Source of the DNA: Candidatus Latescibacterota bacterium
GTDB taxonomy: Bacteria; Latescibacterota; UBA2968; UBA8231
Assembly (NCBI GenBank): GCA_964291625.2
Contig: OZ220090.1
Span: 352,001-416,000 of the forward strand
Length of the DNA: 64,000 bases
Direction: 5' to 3'
The translations under genes were made by a program, and so were the position numbers. How positions within the stretch are numbered: the stretch's first letter is position 1; each line of letters opens with the position of its first letter. A model generated the notes under the pieces. That model was not told the origin of the DNA. It saw only the letters and a program-made list of their open reading frames with translations, and did no database searches. Of this stretch, positions 28,970 to 38,047 are shown piece after piece.

Positions 28970-31735
28970 ATGAGAGCTGAAATGGTCCTGCACTACGCCT
29001 TCGGCGCCGCCGACGATCCCGTGGAACGCGACCTGAGCGGAGCCGGCCATGACGGCCGGATCGTCGGAGGGGCCCGGCGCGTGGAGGGGGAGTTCGGCAG
29101 CGCCCTGGAGCTCGACGGGACCGATGGCCACGTCGATTGCGGGGCCGGTCCGGGCCTGGACCTCGGCGAGGCCGGGACGATCATGCTCTGGCTGAAGCCC
29201 GCGTCCCCGCGGCAGGGAGGGATCGTCAGCTGGTCGGCGGGCCCGGAGGAGGCGGACCAGCGCCTGGTCGTCTCGCTGAACACCTGGAGGGAGAGCGGCT
29301 TCGCCGGGGAGCAGGTCCACGAAGCCCTGGGCACCTACTTCGCCAACGGCGAGCACTTCGCGGAGCAGTTCCGCACGCCGGAGCACAAGCCGTGGTTCCC
29401 GCCGGCCGGGGAGTGGGTCTTCTGGGCGGTCACCTTCGACGGCCGCGCGGTGGACTACTACCGCGACGGGGTGGCCGTGGAGACGCGGTTCCAGACGCTG
29501 CGCCCCGACACCGGGGACGCTGCCCTGTGGCTCGGCCGGTGCGTCGGACTCGGCGGAGCGGGCGACTACTACAGGGGACTGCTCGCCGACGTGCGCGTCT
29601 ACCGGGGCGCCCTGAGCGCCAGGGAGATCTACCTGCGCTACATGGAGTCGGCCGCGGGCCGGGGCAAGAAGACCTCCCACTTCGGCTCCCTCGCCATCGA
29701 GACGGCGGTCAATCCCGAGGCGGGCACGATCTTCGCCGACCTGGACTACCGCGGGCTGGCGCCGATGGCCGGCCGGCCCGCGCTCGCGGCGACGCTTGTC
29801 GACGGCAGGGGAGAGGTCGCGGCCGCGGCGAAGGTGCGCACGGCGCCTTCCTGGGGACATGCCGAGGCGGTGGTGGACGTCTCGGAGCTCCCGGCCGGCA
29901 GTTACACCTTGCGGGTCGAGCCCGACAGGGGCCGGCCGGCCAGCGAGCCTGTCGAGTGGCCCGGAAGGGCGAGGGGCTGGGAGTCGGTGCGGGTGCTGAA
30001 CAACTTCTGCTGGGAGCTTCTGGACGAGCGGCCGGCCACCCGGCGGTCCGAGTACTCCTTCACCAACCCGCGGCGCGGCTGGGTCTGGTTCCGCACCGAG
30101 AGCGAAGGCGGCCTGACCCTTCGGGTGCCGGGGGCTGCGCCGCAGGTGATCAACGATCCGGGGAGGGCCGGCGGGCAGGAGGCGATGCGCTGGATGGAGG
30201 CCGGCCGGCACCGCGTCGTACTCAGCGGCCCGGGCACGCTCCACCGCCTGACCGTCCGCTCCGTGCCCATCCTCCTGTTTTGGCACTACCCTCACATCGG
30301 CCCGGGAACCGGCGACGACGGCGAGTACCTGGACCGGCACGTCCTCGGTCCGTGCAACCTGATCCACACCCACCGCCCGGAACCCGGCTCCGACACGGCC
30401 AAGTTCCTGGAGGAGTGGGTGGAGCGGCGAGGACTCTTCGCACTCGAAGGCCTCTACCTGCTGCAGGACGTCCACGACACGTTCGAGGACGACACGGCAG
30501 AGCAGCGGATCACGGAGTTCCTGACCGGGAACGCGGGCCTGGGGGAGACCCGGTACCGGGGGGTGATCATCGACGAGTTCTCACCCGGCGACGACGTGCA
30601 GATGTTCAACAGGAGCTACTACGACGAGTGGACGCGGGCCTGCGCCGCCGTGCTCGACGATCCCCGGTACGCCGGCCGCTTCATCATGCCCGCCATGGGC
30701 TACAACATGTACGACTTCGACAAGAGCGCCGCCTTCCTCACCCGGCTGATCGAGCACGGTTCCTACGTCATCGAGGAACACTACCTGAGCGAGTGCGACA
30801 CCGAGGATCAGGCCTGGCGGTCGATCCACGAGATCGGCGCCGCCCTCGAGCCGAGGCGGCAGGAGGCGAGTCCCGGGTACACCCGGGGCGCGATCAAGCT
30901 GCTCAGCTACCTGCAGCGCGAGATCTGGAATCCGGCCTGCAACTTCCGGGTCTTCCTGGACATGCAGTTCGAGCACCACGCCACGCGGCCCGAGTTCTTC
31001 GGCGTCGGCGGCATCGGCGCCTACTCCAGCTACAACTGCAACAACGAGGAGTACGTCCGCTGGGTCTCGGCTCTGATGCGGCACTATGCCATCGAAGGCG
31101 GCACCGGCCGCTTGAGCTCCGAGCCGTACGAAGTGGAACAGATCCGGAATCCCGACTTTCTCGAGGGGACCGAAGGCTGGACGCTGCAGCCGGCGGAGGA
31201 GGGGAGCATGGAGGTGAGGAGCCGCGAGGGCTACGGCCTCACCCAGGAACGGCGCCCCCACCGGAGCCACACGGAGATGCCCTTCCTCTGGACCCGCCGT
31301 TCGGCGTCGAGGCCGAACCGCTTCTCCCAGGAGATCCGCAACCTGGAAGCGGGGGAGCTCTATCTCGCGCGCCTGTGGGTGGGGGACTACACCGAGCTGC
31401 TGGCCGGGGAGTCGAGAGACGAGCCGCGGGCGGTCGGTCTTCGAGTGGAGGGGGCCGAGACATGGGATGACTGGTACCGCAGCCAGGCCTGGGAGGGGGG
31501 CCAGTTCACCTTCGCCAGCTACCTGCCGCCCTTCAGCGCCGACAACCGATACCACTTCAGGATCCACCAGCTCGTCTTCCGCGCCGGCGGACCCACGGCT
31601 CGACTGGTCGTCGAAGACTGGAAGAGCGGTTCGCGGCCGGGGGGGCCGGTCGGCCAGGAGCTGATGTTCAACATGATCGACGTGCACCCCTACTTCGAAG
31701 CGGAAGGGGGTGCCGCCAGCCGTCACTCCCCGTAG
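28970..31735 (+). CDS. Large protein with an N-terminal LamG/concanavalin-like domain and an uncharacterised C-terminal region
   Basis: DLSGAGHDG...GSALELDG...GLLADVRVYRGALS (LamG); later NPDF.EG..GW CBM-like motif. Confidence 0.65.
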   Translation: MRAEMVLHYAFGAADDPVERDLSGAGHDGRIVGGARRVEGEFGSALELDGTDGHVDCGAGPGLDLGEAGTIMLWLKPASPRQGGIVSWSAGPEEADQRLVVSLNTWRESGFAGEQVHEALGTYFANGEHFAEQFRTPEHKPWFPPAGEWVFWAVTFDGRAVDYYRDGVAVETRFQTLRPDTGDAALWLGRCVGLGGAGDYYRGLLADVRVYRGALSAREIYLRYMESAAGRGKKTSHFGSLAIETAVNPEAGTIFADLDYRGLAPMAGRPALAATLVDGRGEVAAAAKVRTAPSWGHAEAVVDVSELPAGSYTLRVEPDRGRPASEPVEWPGRARGWESVRVLNNFCWELLDERPATRRSEYSFTNPRRGWVWFRTESEGGLTLRVPGAAPQVINDPGRAGGQEAMRWMEAGRHRVVLSGPGTLHRLTVRSVPILLFWHYPHIGPGTGDDGEYLDRHVLGPCNLIHTHRPEPGSDTAKFLEEWVERRGLFALEGLYLLQDVHDTFEDDTAEQRITEFLTGNAGLGETRYRGVIIDEFSPGDDVQMFNRSYYDEWTRACAAVLDDPRYAGRFIMPAMGYNMYDFDKSAAFLTRLIEHGSYVIEEHYLSECDTEDQAWRSIHEIGAALEPRRQEASPGYTRGAIKLLSYLQREIWNPACNFRVFLDMQFEHHATRPEFFGVGGIGAYSSYNCNNEEYVRWVSALMRHYAIEGGTGRLSSEPYEVEQIRNPDFLEGTEGWTLQPAEEGSMEVRSREGYGLTQERRPHRSHTEMPFLWTRRSASRPNRFSQEIRNLEAGELYLARLWVGDYTELLAGESRDEPRAVGLRVEGAETWDDWYRSQAWEGGQFTFASYLPPFSADNRYHFRIHQLVFRAGGPTARLVVEDWKSGSRPGGPVGQELMFNMIDVHPYFEAEGGAASRHSP

Positions 31736-32817
31736 AACCAGTCCAGCCCGACCCGGGCCAGCCGTATCCCGTCGAGGGCGTGGTAGTTCACCAGGGCGAC
31801 GCGGTCGCCGTCGATCCAGGTGAGGCCCGGATAGCCGTAGTCCCCGTGGCCGCCCTGCGGATCCGGCGCGATGCGGCGGAACCGCCCCCAGCTCCGGCCT
31901 CCATCCGTCGAGACCGCCGAGGTCAGGGGCGAGCGCACCTTGCCGAGGGGGATCTCCAGCTCGCCGACGCGGACCGCCGGCTGCTGCTCGCCGCGGTAGA
32001 AGGCAGGCGCCAGGGGGTTCCTGCAGAAGATGACCAGGAGGTCCCCGGTGGCGGGGATGCGCGTCGCCAGGAAGCCGGCGCACGGGTCGGTCAGCTCCGG
32101 GACCAACTCGGGCCCGGACCAGGTGACGGCGTCGTCTTCGGAATAGCAGCGGGCGAGATACCCCTGCCGGGTGCGGCACATCATGATCAGCCGGCCGTCC
32201 TCCAGCTCGACGACGCTCGGCTCTTCGGTGGAGTCCCCGAGGTCGACGAAGCTGCGGCTCGGCCACCAGGAGTACCCGTCGTCGTCCGAGTAGAAGCAGA
32301 GGGAGACGCAGTGGTCCCCGGAGGTGAGCCAGAATCCCTCGACGGGAATGACGATGCGCCCCGACGACAGCCGGACCACCTTGTCGGCCTGGCTCTGGCA
32401 CGACCCCGGGTAGTGGGCGGCGCAGACCGCCGAGCTCCAGCTCTCTCCCTCGTCCGCCGACCTGCGCACGTACACGTGCTGGTCCAGGGTCGGCGTGTGA
32501 TCCCCCCATCCCTCGGGCCGCGCGCTGAGCACCTCCAGCGTGTAGAACAGCAGCACCTCGCCGCTCTCCAGCCGCAGCAGGGTGGGGGCGATCGTCTCGA
32601 AGTTGTCCTCCCTCGGCAGCGGCGGGAACGGGTCCCCCCACGTGCGGCCGTCGTCCCGGGACCTGCGGGCCTCGAGCCAGCACTCGCCCTTCAGGGGGTT
32701 GGTCTCGATGGCGTGAACGAAAAGCAGGGAGCCGTCCTCCATGCGGAGGATGCTGCCGGAGATGCCGCGGTGGGTGCGGTCGGGCGGCAGGGGGACGACC
32801 ACGCGCTCCTCAAACAC
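31723..32817 (-). CDS. BNR/Asp-box sialidase-like protein
   Basis: Asp-boxes SRDDGRTW, SADEGESW, SDDDGYSW, SEDDAVTW, STDGGRSW; EEPSVVEL.DG; RSPL; YGYP. Confidence 0.8.
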   Translation of the reverse strand: MFEERVVVPLPPDRTHRGISGSILRMEDGSLLFVHAIETNPLKGECWLEARRSRDDGRTWGDPFPPLPREDNFETIAPTLLRLESGEVLLFYTLEVLSARPEGWGDHTPTLDQHVYVRRSADEGESWSSAVCAAHYPGSCQSQADKVVRLSSGRIVIPVEGFWLTSGDHCVSLCFYSDDDGYSWWPSRSFVDLGDSTEEPSVVELEDGRLIMMCRTRQGYLARCYSEDDAVTWSGPELVPELTDPCAGFLATRIPATGDLLVIFCRNPLAPAFYRGEQQPAVRVGELEIPLGKVRSPLTSAVSTDGGRSWGRFRRIAPDPQGGHGDYGYPGLTWIDGDRVALVNYHALDGIRLARVGLDWFYGE

Positions 32818-33022
32818 GGGCGGGCCGGTCCTCGTCGGGGTGCCAGTGGGTCCAGGTCTCGCCCCCGTCCGTCGACTCGAGGACCGGCCAGCCGCCCATG
32901 CCCAGGTGATCGCCGCCGTGCGAGGAGATGCAGCCGATGGCGAGGCGTCCACCGGAGAGCCGATGCAGGACGGGGAAGGCGTTGTAACGGCCCTCTTCCC
33001 TCGGGACGATGGTGTGCTTCAC
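32810..33022 (-). pseudogene. 70-aa N-terminal fragment of a BNR/sialidase-like protein
   Basis: RYNAFP..RL..G.L and a single Asp-box ESTDGGETW, then a stop overlapping the next gene's start. Confidence 0.45.
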
Positions 33023-33137
33023 GCCGGTGCTCCCTTGCAGGGCCGGGGGCCGCGGACGTGATTCCAGCACCCCGCCGGGGCAAGGTAGAGGAGGGGCGAA
33101 GGGCCAACAACCTCGGGGCGGCGCCTGTCATGAATCG

Positions 33138-33995
33138 ATGGAACTGACCGCAACCCTCCAGGATCTCGGCCTGCCCTCGGAGGCCCTGCTGTGGCAGGCG
33201 GTGCTGCTCACCGTCATCTCCTTCGGCGTCGGCATCGTGGGCGGCTTCGTCGGCCTCGCCCTCGGCACGGTGAGGCTGCCCGTCCTCCTCTTCCTCGGCA
33301 TGCCGTCGACCCTGGCGGCCGGGACCAACATCATCGTCAGCACCGCCAGCTCCCTCTTCGGGGCCCTGCGCCATATGCGGGAGGGGAGGGTCGACCTGCG
33401 GGTCGTCCTGATCATGGGCGTGCCCAGCTTCGCCGGCGCCTTTCTCGGCGGCTACTACGCCGGCGCCGCCCCCGAGGGACTGCTGGTCCTCGTGGTGGGG
33501 ATCCTCGTGCTCTGGCAGGGGATCGAGCTGGCCGCCAAGGCCCGCGCCGCGGCGGAGAGCTCCGGCGGTCCCGGGGCGGCCATGGCCGGCGCCCTGGCCG
33601 GTGGGACGGACCGCCGACGCCACCCGGCCCTGGCCGCGTCCATGGGACTGGTCATCGGCGTGACGGGGGGCGCCGTGGGCCTGATCCTGGGGAGCCTGCG
33701 GCTGCCGGGGCTGATCCGCGTCCTGGGCATGGACCCGCGAGTCGCCGCCGGGACCAACCTCTTCATCGGCTTCGCCATGGGCGCCTCGGGCTGGACGGGC
33801 CACGTCGCCCGGGGCCAGGTCGACTACCCCCTGGCGGTGCTCATGGGCCTGGCCGCCGTGGCCGGCGTCAACATCGGCGCCCGTCAGACCGGCCGCGCCG
33901 GCCTGCGCACCCTGCTGGCGTCGATGGGGGCGGTGCTGATCGTCGTCGGCGTCCTGATGGCCTGGCGGGGCGTGGACGGGTGGCTGCTCCGCTGA
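33138..33995 (+). CDS. Sulfite exporter TauE/SafE family membrane protein
   Basis: Two repeats of G..GG.VGL.LG..RLP...AAGTN; hydrophobic throughout. Confidence 0.8.
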   Translation: MELTATLQDLGLPSEALLWQAVLLTVISFGVGIVGGFVGLALGTVRLPVLLFLGMPSTLAAGTNIIVSTASSLFGALRHMREGRVDLRVVLIMGVPSFAGAFLGGYYAGAAPEGLLVLVVGILVLWQGIELAAKARAAAESSGGPGAAMAGALAGGTDRRRHPALAASMGLVIGVTGGAVGLILGSLRLPGLIRVLGMDPRVAAGTNLFIGFAMGASGWTGHVARGQVDYPLAVLMGLAAVAGVNIGARQTGRAGLRTLLASMGAVLIVVGVLMAWRGVDGWLLR

Positions 33996-33998
33996 GTC

Positions 33999-34769
33999 CT
34001 ACTCGGTGCGGCAGAGCAGGCCGCCGTCGACGGCCAGGTGGGTGCCGGTAACGAAGGAAGCCTCGTCCGACGCCAGGTAGAGGACGGCGTTGGCGATGTC
34101 GCCGCCGTGGCCCAGCCGTTTGGCCGGCACCATCTCGGCGTAGCGCCGCCGCTCCTCTTCCGGGACCTCCAGGTTGTCCCACAGTGGGGTGAGGATCGCC
34201 CCGGGCAGCACCGCGTTGACGCGGATGTCGGGACCGTAGTCGAGGGCGAGGACGCGCGTGAGTCCGAGGATCCCGGCCTTGGCTGAGTCGTACGCGGTGC
34301 AGGTGGCGAAGCTGACGAGGGAGTGGACGGAGCCGGTGTTGATGATCGCCCCTCCGCCGGTCTTGCGCATCACGGGGATGCCGAACTTCGAGGCCAGGAA
34401 GACCGCCTTCAGGCCGACGTTCAGGGTGAGGTCCCAGCCCGCTTCGTCGAGCTCGGTAGCGGAGCCGTGCCGGAAGGCGATGGCGTTGTTGTGCAGGATA
34501 TCGAGACGTCCGAAGCGCTCCTCGGTGCGGGCGACCATGCCCTCGATCTCGTCGGTCCGGCTCAGGTCGGTGCGGATGAACACGCTCTCACCCCCCGTTT
34601 CCCTGATTTCCGCGGCCACACGCTCTCCGTTGATCTCGTCGATGTCGGCCACCGCTACCGAGGCCCCTTCTTCGGCCAAGCGCCTTGCGGTCGCTTCTCC
34701 GATCCCGGAGGCGGCCCCGGTGACGATGGCTGTCTTGCCGGCGACGCGGCCGGGCTGGTCCGAGTCCAT
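33999..34769 (-). CDS. SDR family NAD(P)-dependent oxidoreductase
   Basis: TGAASGIG, HNNA, YDSAK, IRVNAVLPG, ASFVTG..L.VDGG. Confidence 0.9.
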   Translation of the reverse strand: MDSDQPGRVAGKTAIVTGAASGIGEATARRLAEEGASVAVADIDEINGERVAAEIRETGGESVFIRTDLSRTDEIEGMVARTEERFGRLDILHNNAIAFRHGSATELDEAGWDLTLNVGLKAVFLASKFGIPVMRKTGGGAIINTGSVHSLVSFATCTAYDSAKAGILGLTRVLALDYGPDIRVNAVLPGAILTPLWDNLEVPEEERRRYAEMVPAKRLGHGGDIANAVLYLASDEASFVTGTHLAVDGGLLCRTE

Positions 34770-34870
34770 GACAGTCTCCTCGTTGGGGGTCTGAAGGAAG
34801 GGACAGCCACCCGGGACCTCAAGATCTCAAGCCACGGATTTCCCTGGGGCATCCGGTCTCGACTTTTTTC

Positions 34871-34884
34871 TGCAAACGCATGCA
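34871..34884. promoter_or_regulatory. Putative LacI/GalR-family operator
   Basis: TGCAAACGCATGCA matches TGNAANCGNTTNCA with one mismatch; sits in the AT-rich divergent promoter region before the TonB receptor. Confidence 0.4.
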
Positions 34885-34936
34885 AAATCACTTATCTTCC
34901 GGCCAATTCGGGACCGTCGATCAGAGGAGGCTGCTC

Positions 34937-37900
34937 ATGCTGAACCGTTCTTTGTATCGCCTTTCGGTAGCTGCCGCCCTCGCCGCTCTGGCGGGGGCCG
35001 GCACGGCACACGCCGCCGCCGGGAAGATCGCCGGCACGGTGACCGATGCCGGCACCGGGTCGGCGCTGGCCAATGCCAACGTCCTGCTGATGGAGACGGA
35101 GGCCGCCGCCTCCACCGATTCCGAGGGCCGCTTCTTCCTCCTCAACGTCTCCCCCGGGATCTACACCCTGAGAGTCACCTACGTAGGGTACCGCCCCGTC
35201 ATCATCGAGGAGGTGCGCGTGTCGGCGGACCTCACCACCAATCTCGAGTTCCGCCTCGGCGGCGAGGCGATCGAGGTCGAGGAGGTGGTGATCAAGGCGG
35301 AGCGCCCCATCATCGACAAGAACGCCACCAACGCGGTGCGCATCGTCGAGGCCGAAGACATCGAGATCCTGCCCGGCCGGGGACTGGGCTCGGTGATCAA
35401 CCTCCAGCCCGGGGTGGTCATTGACGAAGGCGCCCTGCACATCCGCGGCTCCCGCTCCGACGAGGTCGGCTACTTCGTCGACGGGGCCAGCGCCCGCAAC
35501 CCGGTTTCGGGAGGCAGGGCGGTCGCCGTGATCGACGAGGCCCTGCAGGAGATCCAGCTTCAGGCCGGCGGCTTCAATGCCGAGTACGGCGGCGCCAACG
35601 CCGGCATCATCCTCCAGGAACTGCGCACCGGCGCGCCCGACTGGGAGGTCGGGCTGCTGACCGAGAGCGATGGCTTCACCTCCAAGTACGAGGAACGCTT
35701 CGGAACCTACTCCTACGGCTACTCCAACCAGGTCCTCACCCTGAGCGGTCCGGTGGCCGGCAACAGGGTCCGGGCCTTCCTGGCCGGCCAGCGCCGGATC
35801 CAGGACTCGGTTCCCACCTATTGGGAGGGATTCGAGTTCGACGACTTGGTCGACACGGGAGACCGCGGCGGACGGATCCACTGGCGCGAGGACGAGGAAG
35901 GCAACGCCATCCCCGACACGGTGAACCTGCGGCTGCAGCCGGGCAACATCGATCACACCCGCTCGGAGCTCCTCAGCTTCAACGGCACCCTGCTCGTCGA
36001 CCTGCAGCCCTTCCAGTTGCGTCTCACCAGCCTCTACTCCACCTCGGAAGGGGAGAACAACGGCGCCCCCGTGTACAGCATGCTCAACACGGCGCGCCTC
36101 TCCGAGGACGAGACGGAGTCGAGTCTGCACAATCTCAAGGCCACCCACTTCCTCGGTCCGCGGACGTTCTACGAGGTGAACGTCAGTCTCTACGATCAGG
36201 GCCGCCGAGTCTTCGACCCGGCCTTCGGAGACGCCTACCTGCTCTACAACGACAGCCTCGCCGTGGCCCGGGTCGATCCCGAGTTCATCCCCTACTCGGC
36301 CCAGGGGATCTCGCTACGGTCGTATGATCTCAACGGCTTCCCCTTTGCCCGCCGGGGCGACCTGGCCGCCGGCTACGGCAAGGCGGAGGAGAGCTACTAC
36401 GGGGTCAGCGGCAGCCTGACGCGCCAGACCGACGCCCACGAGTACAAGGTCGGCTTCGACTTCCAGCGCTGGACCTCGCGGCGCTACGGCGTCAGCACGG
36501 GCGGCCTCCGCCTCGCCATCGAGAACACCTACCCGGAGCTGGATGCGGTCTACGACCAGTACTACGACGGGACGATCGCCGCCGGCGAGCTGCTGGACGC
36601 GATCATCGCCAAGGCCGAGACCTTGGATGACGGCGAGGGCAGCCTGGAGGACTTCGCCAGCCTCGTCCGCAATACCAGCCGGGCCGACTACTTCGGCTTC
36701 GACGCCTTCGGACGGCGGGACCAGGGCAGCGGCCTGGAGGCGCCGCGCCACCCGGTGCTGGCCTCGGCCTTCGTCCAGGACAAGGTCGAGTACGGGGATC
36801 TCATCGTGAACGCCGGCCTGCGCTGGGACTACTACGATGTCGACAGCTACCGTTTCAAGGACCCTGCGGCTCCCGAGCGGGACGACACGCGTTACACCAT
36901 CGATCTCGATTCGATGACGAAGACCCGCACCTTCAGCGAGCTCACCCCGAGGCTCGGGTTCTCCTTCCCCGTGTCGGACGTGACCGTATTCCACGTCCAG
37001 TACGGCCGCTTCACGCAGATGCCGGCCATGCGCTCCATGTTCGCCGGCGGGGCCCGGCTGGCCCTGGAGCTGGGCGGGCAGAACTTCATCTCCGTGCCCA
37101 CGGCCCTGGACATCGAGCCGGTCCGCACCACCCAGTACGAGATCGGGTTCGAGCGCCAGTTCACCGCGGACGCCTCCTTCGACATCACCGGCTTCTACCG
37201 GGACGTCAAGGGTCAGCTCCATCTGCAGCGGCAGGACGTCTCGGCCGAAGCGGTGAAAGCCAGTGCCTACAACTTCCTGCAGAACGGCGACTTCGCCACC
37301 ACCAAGGGTCTCGAGTTCGTCTTCAAGCTGCGCCGCGTCAACCGCCTGCGCAGCGAGCTCAACTATACCTTGTCGGACGCCCGCGGCACCGGGTCGTCGA
37401 TCAACTCGGCCGTCTCCGGGGTGGAGAACAACACCAACCTGCCGACGATCATCTCGCCCCTGGACTTCAACGAGACCCACCGGGGCAACATCTTCCTCGA
37501 CTACCGCTTCGCCGAGAACGACGGCGGCGCCATCCTGGAGAACCTGGGGGCCAACCTGCTGATGAAGTTCAGCAGCGGCCACAACTTCACCCTCTTCACC
37601 GGGTCCATCGGCCAGCGGGGGCCGGAGGAAGGCGGGATCCTGGCCGGCGACGATCCGCGATCGCGCAAGCCCGCCGAGAGCATCAACGTCTCCTCGACCC
37701 CGTGGACCTTCGAGGTCGATCTCAAGGTCGACAAGGGGGTCGATCTCTTCGGAGTCGACACCAATCTCTATCTGTACGTGTACAACCTCTTCAACCGCAG
37801 GAACGTGATCAACGTGTACGGCCGTACCGGAAACGCCGAGGACGACGGCTTCCTGACCAACCCGGATCTGAGCAGCCAGATCGTCGAGGCGAGCGGCGGC

Positions 37901-38026
37901 CAGACCTACCGGCAGCTGTACGAGGCGATCAACCTCGTCAACCGGCAGCACTACTGGACGACCCAGGGCGGCGACATTCTCGGCGATCCGCGCCAGATCC
38001 GCTTCGGCGTCGAGCTGGGACTCTAG
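34937..38026 (+). CDS. TonB-dependent receptor with an N-terminal carboxypeptidase-regulatory-like domain
   Basis: RBS GAGGAGG, signal peptide, GKIAGTVTD, HIRGSR..EV.YFVDG, GGFNAEYG, PRLGFSFP, C-terminal PRQIRFGVELGL. Confidence 0.9.
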   Translation: MLNRSLYRLSVAAALAALAGAGTAHAAAGKIAGTVTDAGTGSALANANVLLMETEAAASTDSEGRFFLLNVSPGIYTLRVTYVGYRPVIIEEVRVSADLTTNLEFRLGGEAIEVEEVVIKAERPIIDKNATNAVRIVEAEDIEILPGRGLGSVINLQPGVVIDEGALHIRGSRSDEVGYFVDGASARNPVSGGRAVAVIDEALQEIQLQAGGFNAEYGGANAGIILQELRTGAPDWEVGLLTESDGFTSKYEERFGTYSYGYSNQVLTLSGPVAGNRVRAFLAGQRRIQDSVPTYWEGFEFDDLVDTGDRGGRIHWREDEEGNAIPDTVNLRLQPGNIDHTRSELLSFNGTLLVDLQPFQLRLTSLYSTSEGENNGAPVYSMLNTARLSEDETESSLHNLKATHFLGPRTFYEVNVSLYDQGRRVFDPAFGDAYLLYNDSLAVARVDPEFIPYSAQGISLRSYDLNGFPFARRGDLAAGYGKAEESYYGVSGSLTRQTDAHEYKVGFDFQRWTSRRYGVSTGGLRLAIENTYPELDAVYDQYYDGTIAAGELLDAIIAKAETLDDGEGSLEDFASLVRNTSRADYFGFDAFGRRDQGSGLEAPRHPVLASAFVQDKVEYGDLIVNAGLRWDYYDVDSYRFKDPAAPERDDTRYTIDLDSMTKTRTFSELTPRLGFSFPVSDVTVFHVQYGRFTQMPAMRSMFAGGARLALELGGQNFISVPTALDIEPVRTTQYEIGFERQFTADASFDITGFYRDVKGQLHLQRQDVSAEAVKASAYNFLQNGDFATTKGLEFVFKLRRVNRLRSELNYTLSDARGTGSSINSAVSGVENNTNLPTIISPLDFNETHRGNIFLDYRFAENDGGAILENLGANLLMKFSSGHNFTLFTGSIGQRGPEEGGILAGDDPRSRKPAESINVSSTPWTFEVDLKVDKGVDLFGVDTNLYLYVYNLFNRRNVINVYGRTGNAEDDGFLTNPDLSSQIVEASGGQTYRQLYEAINLVNRQHYWTTQGGDILGDPRQIRFGVELGL

Positions 38027-38047
38027 AGAGGGAAGGGGGAGCGACCC

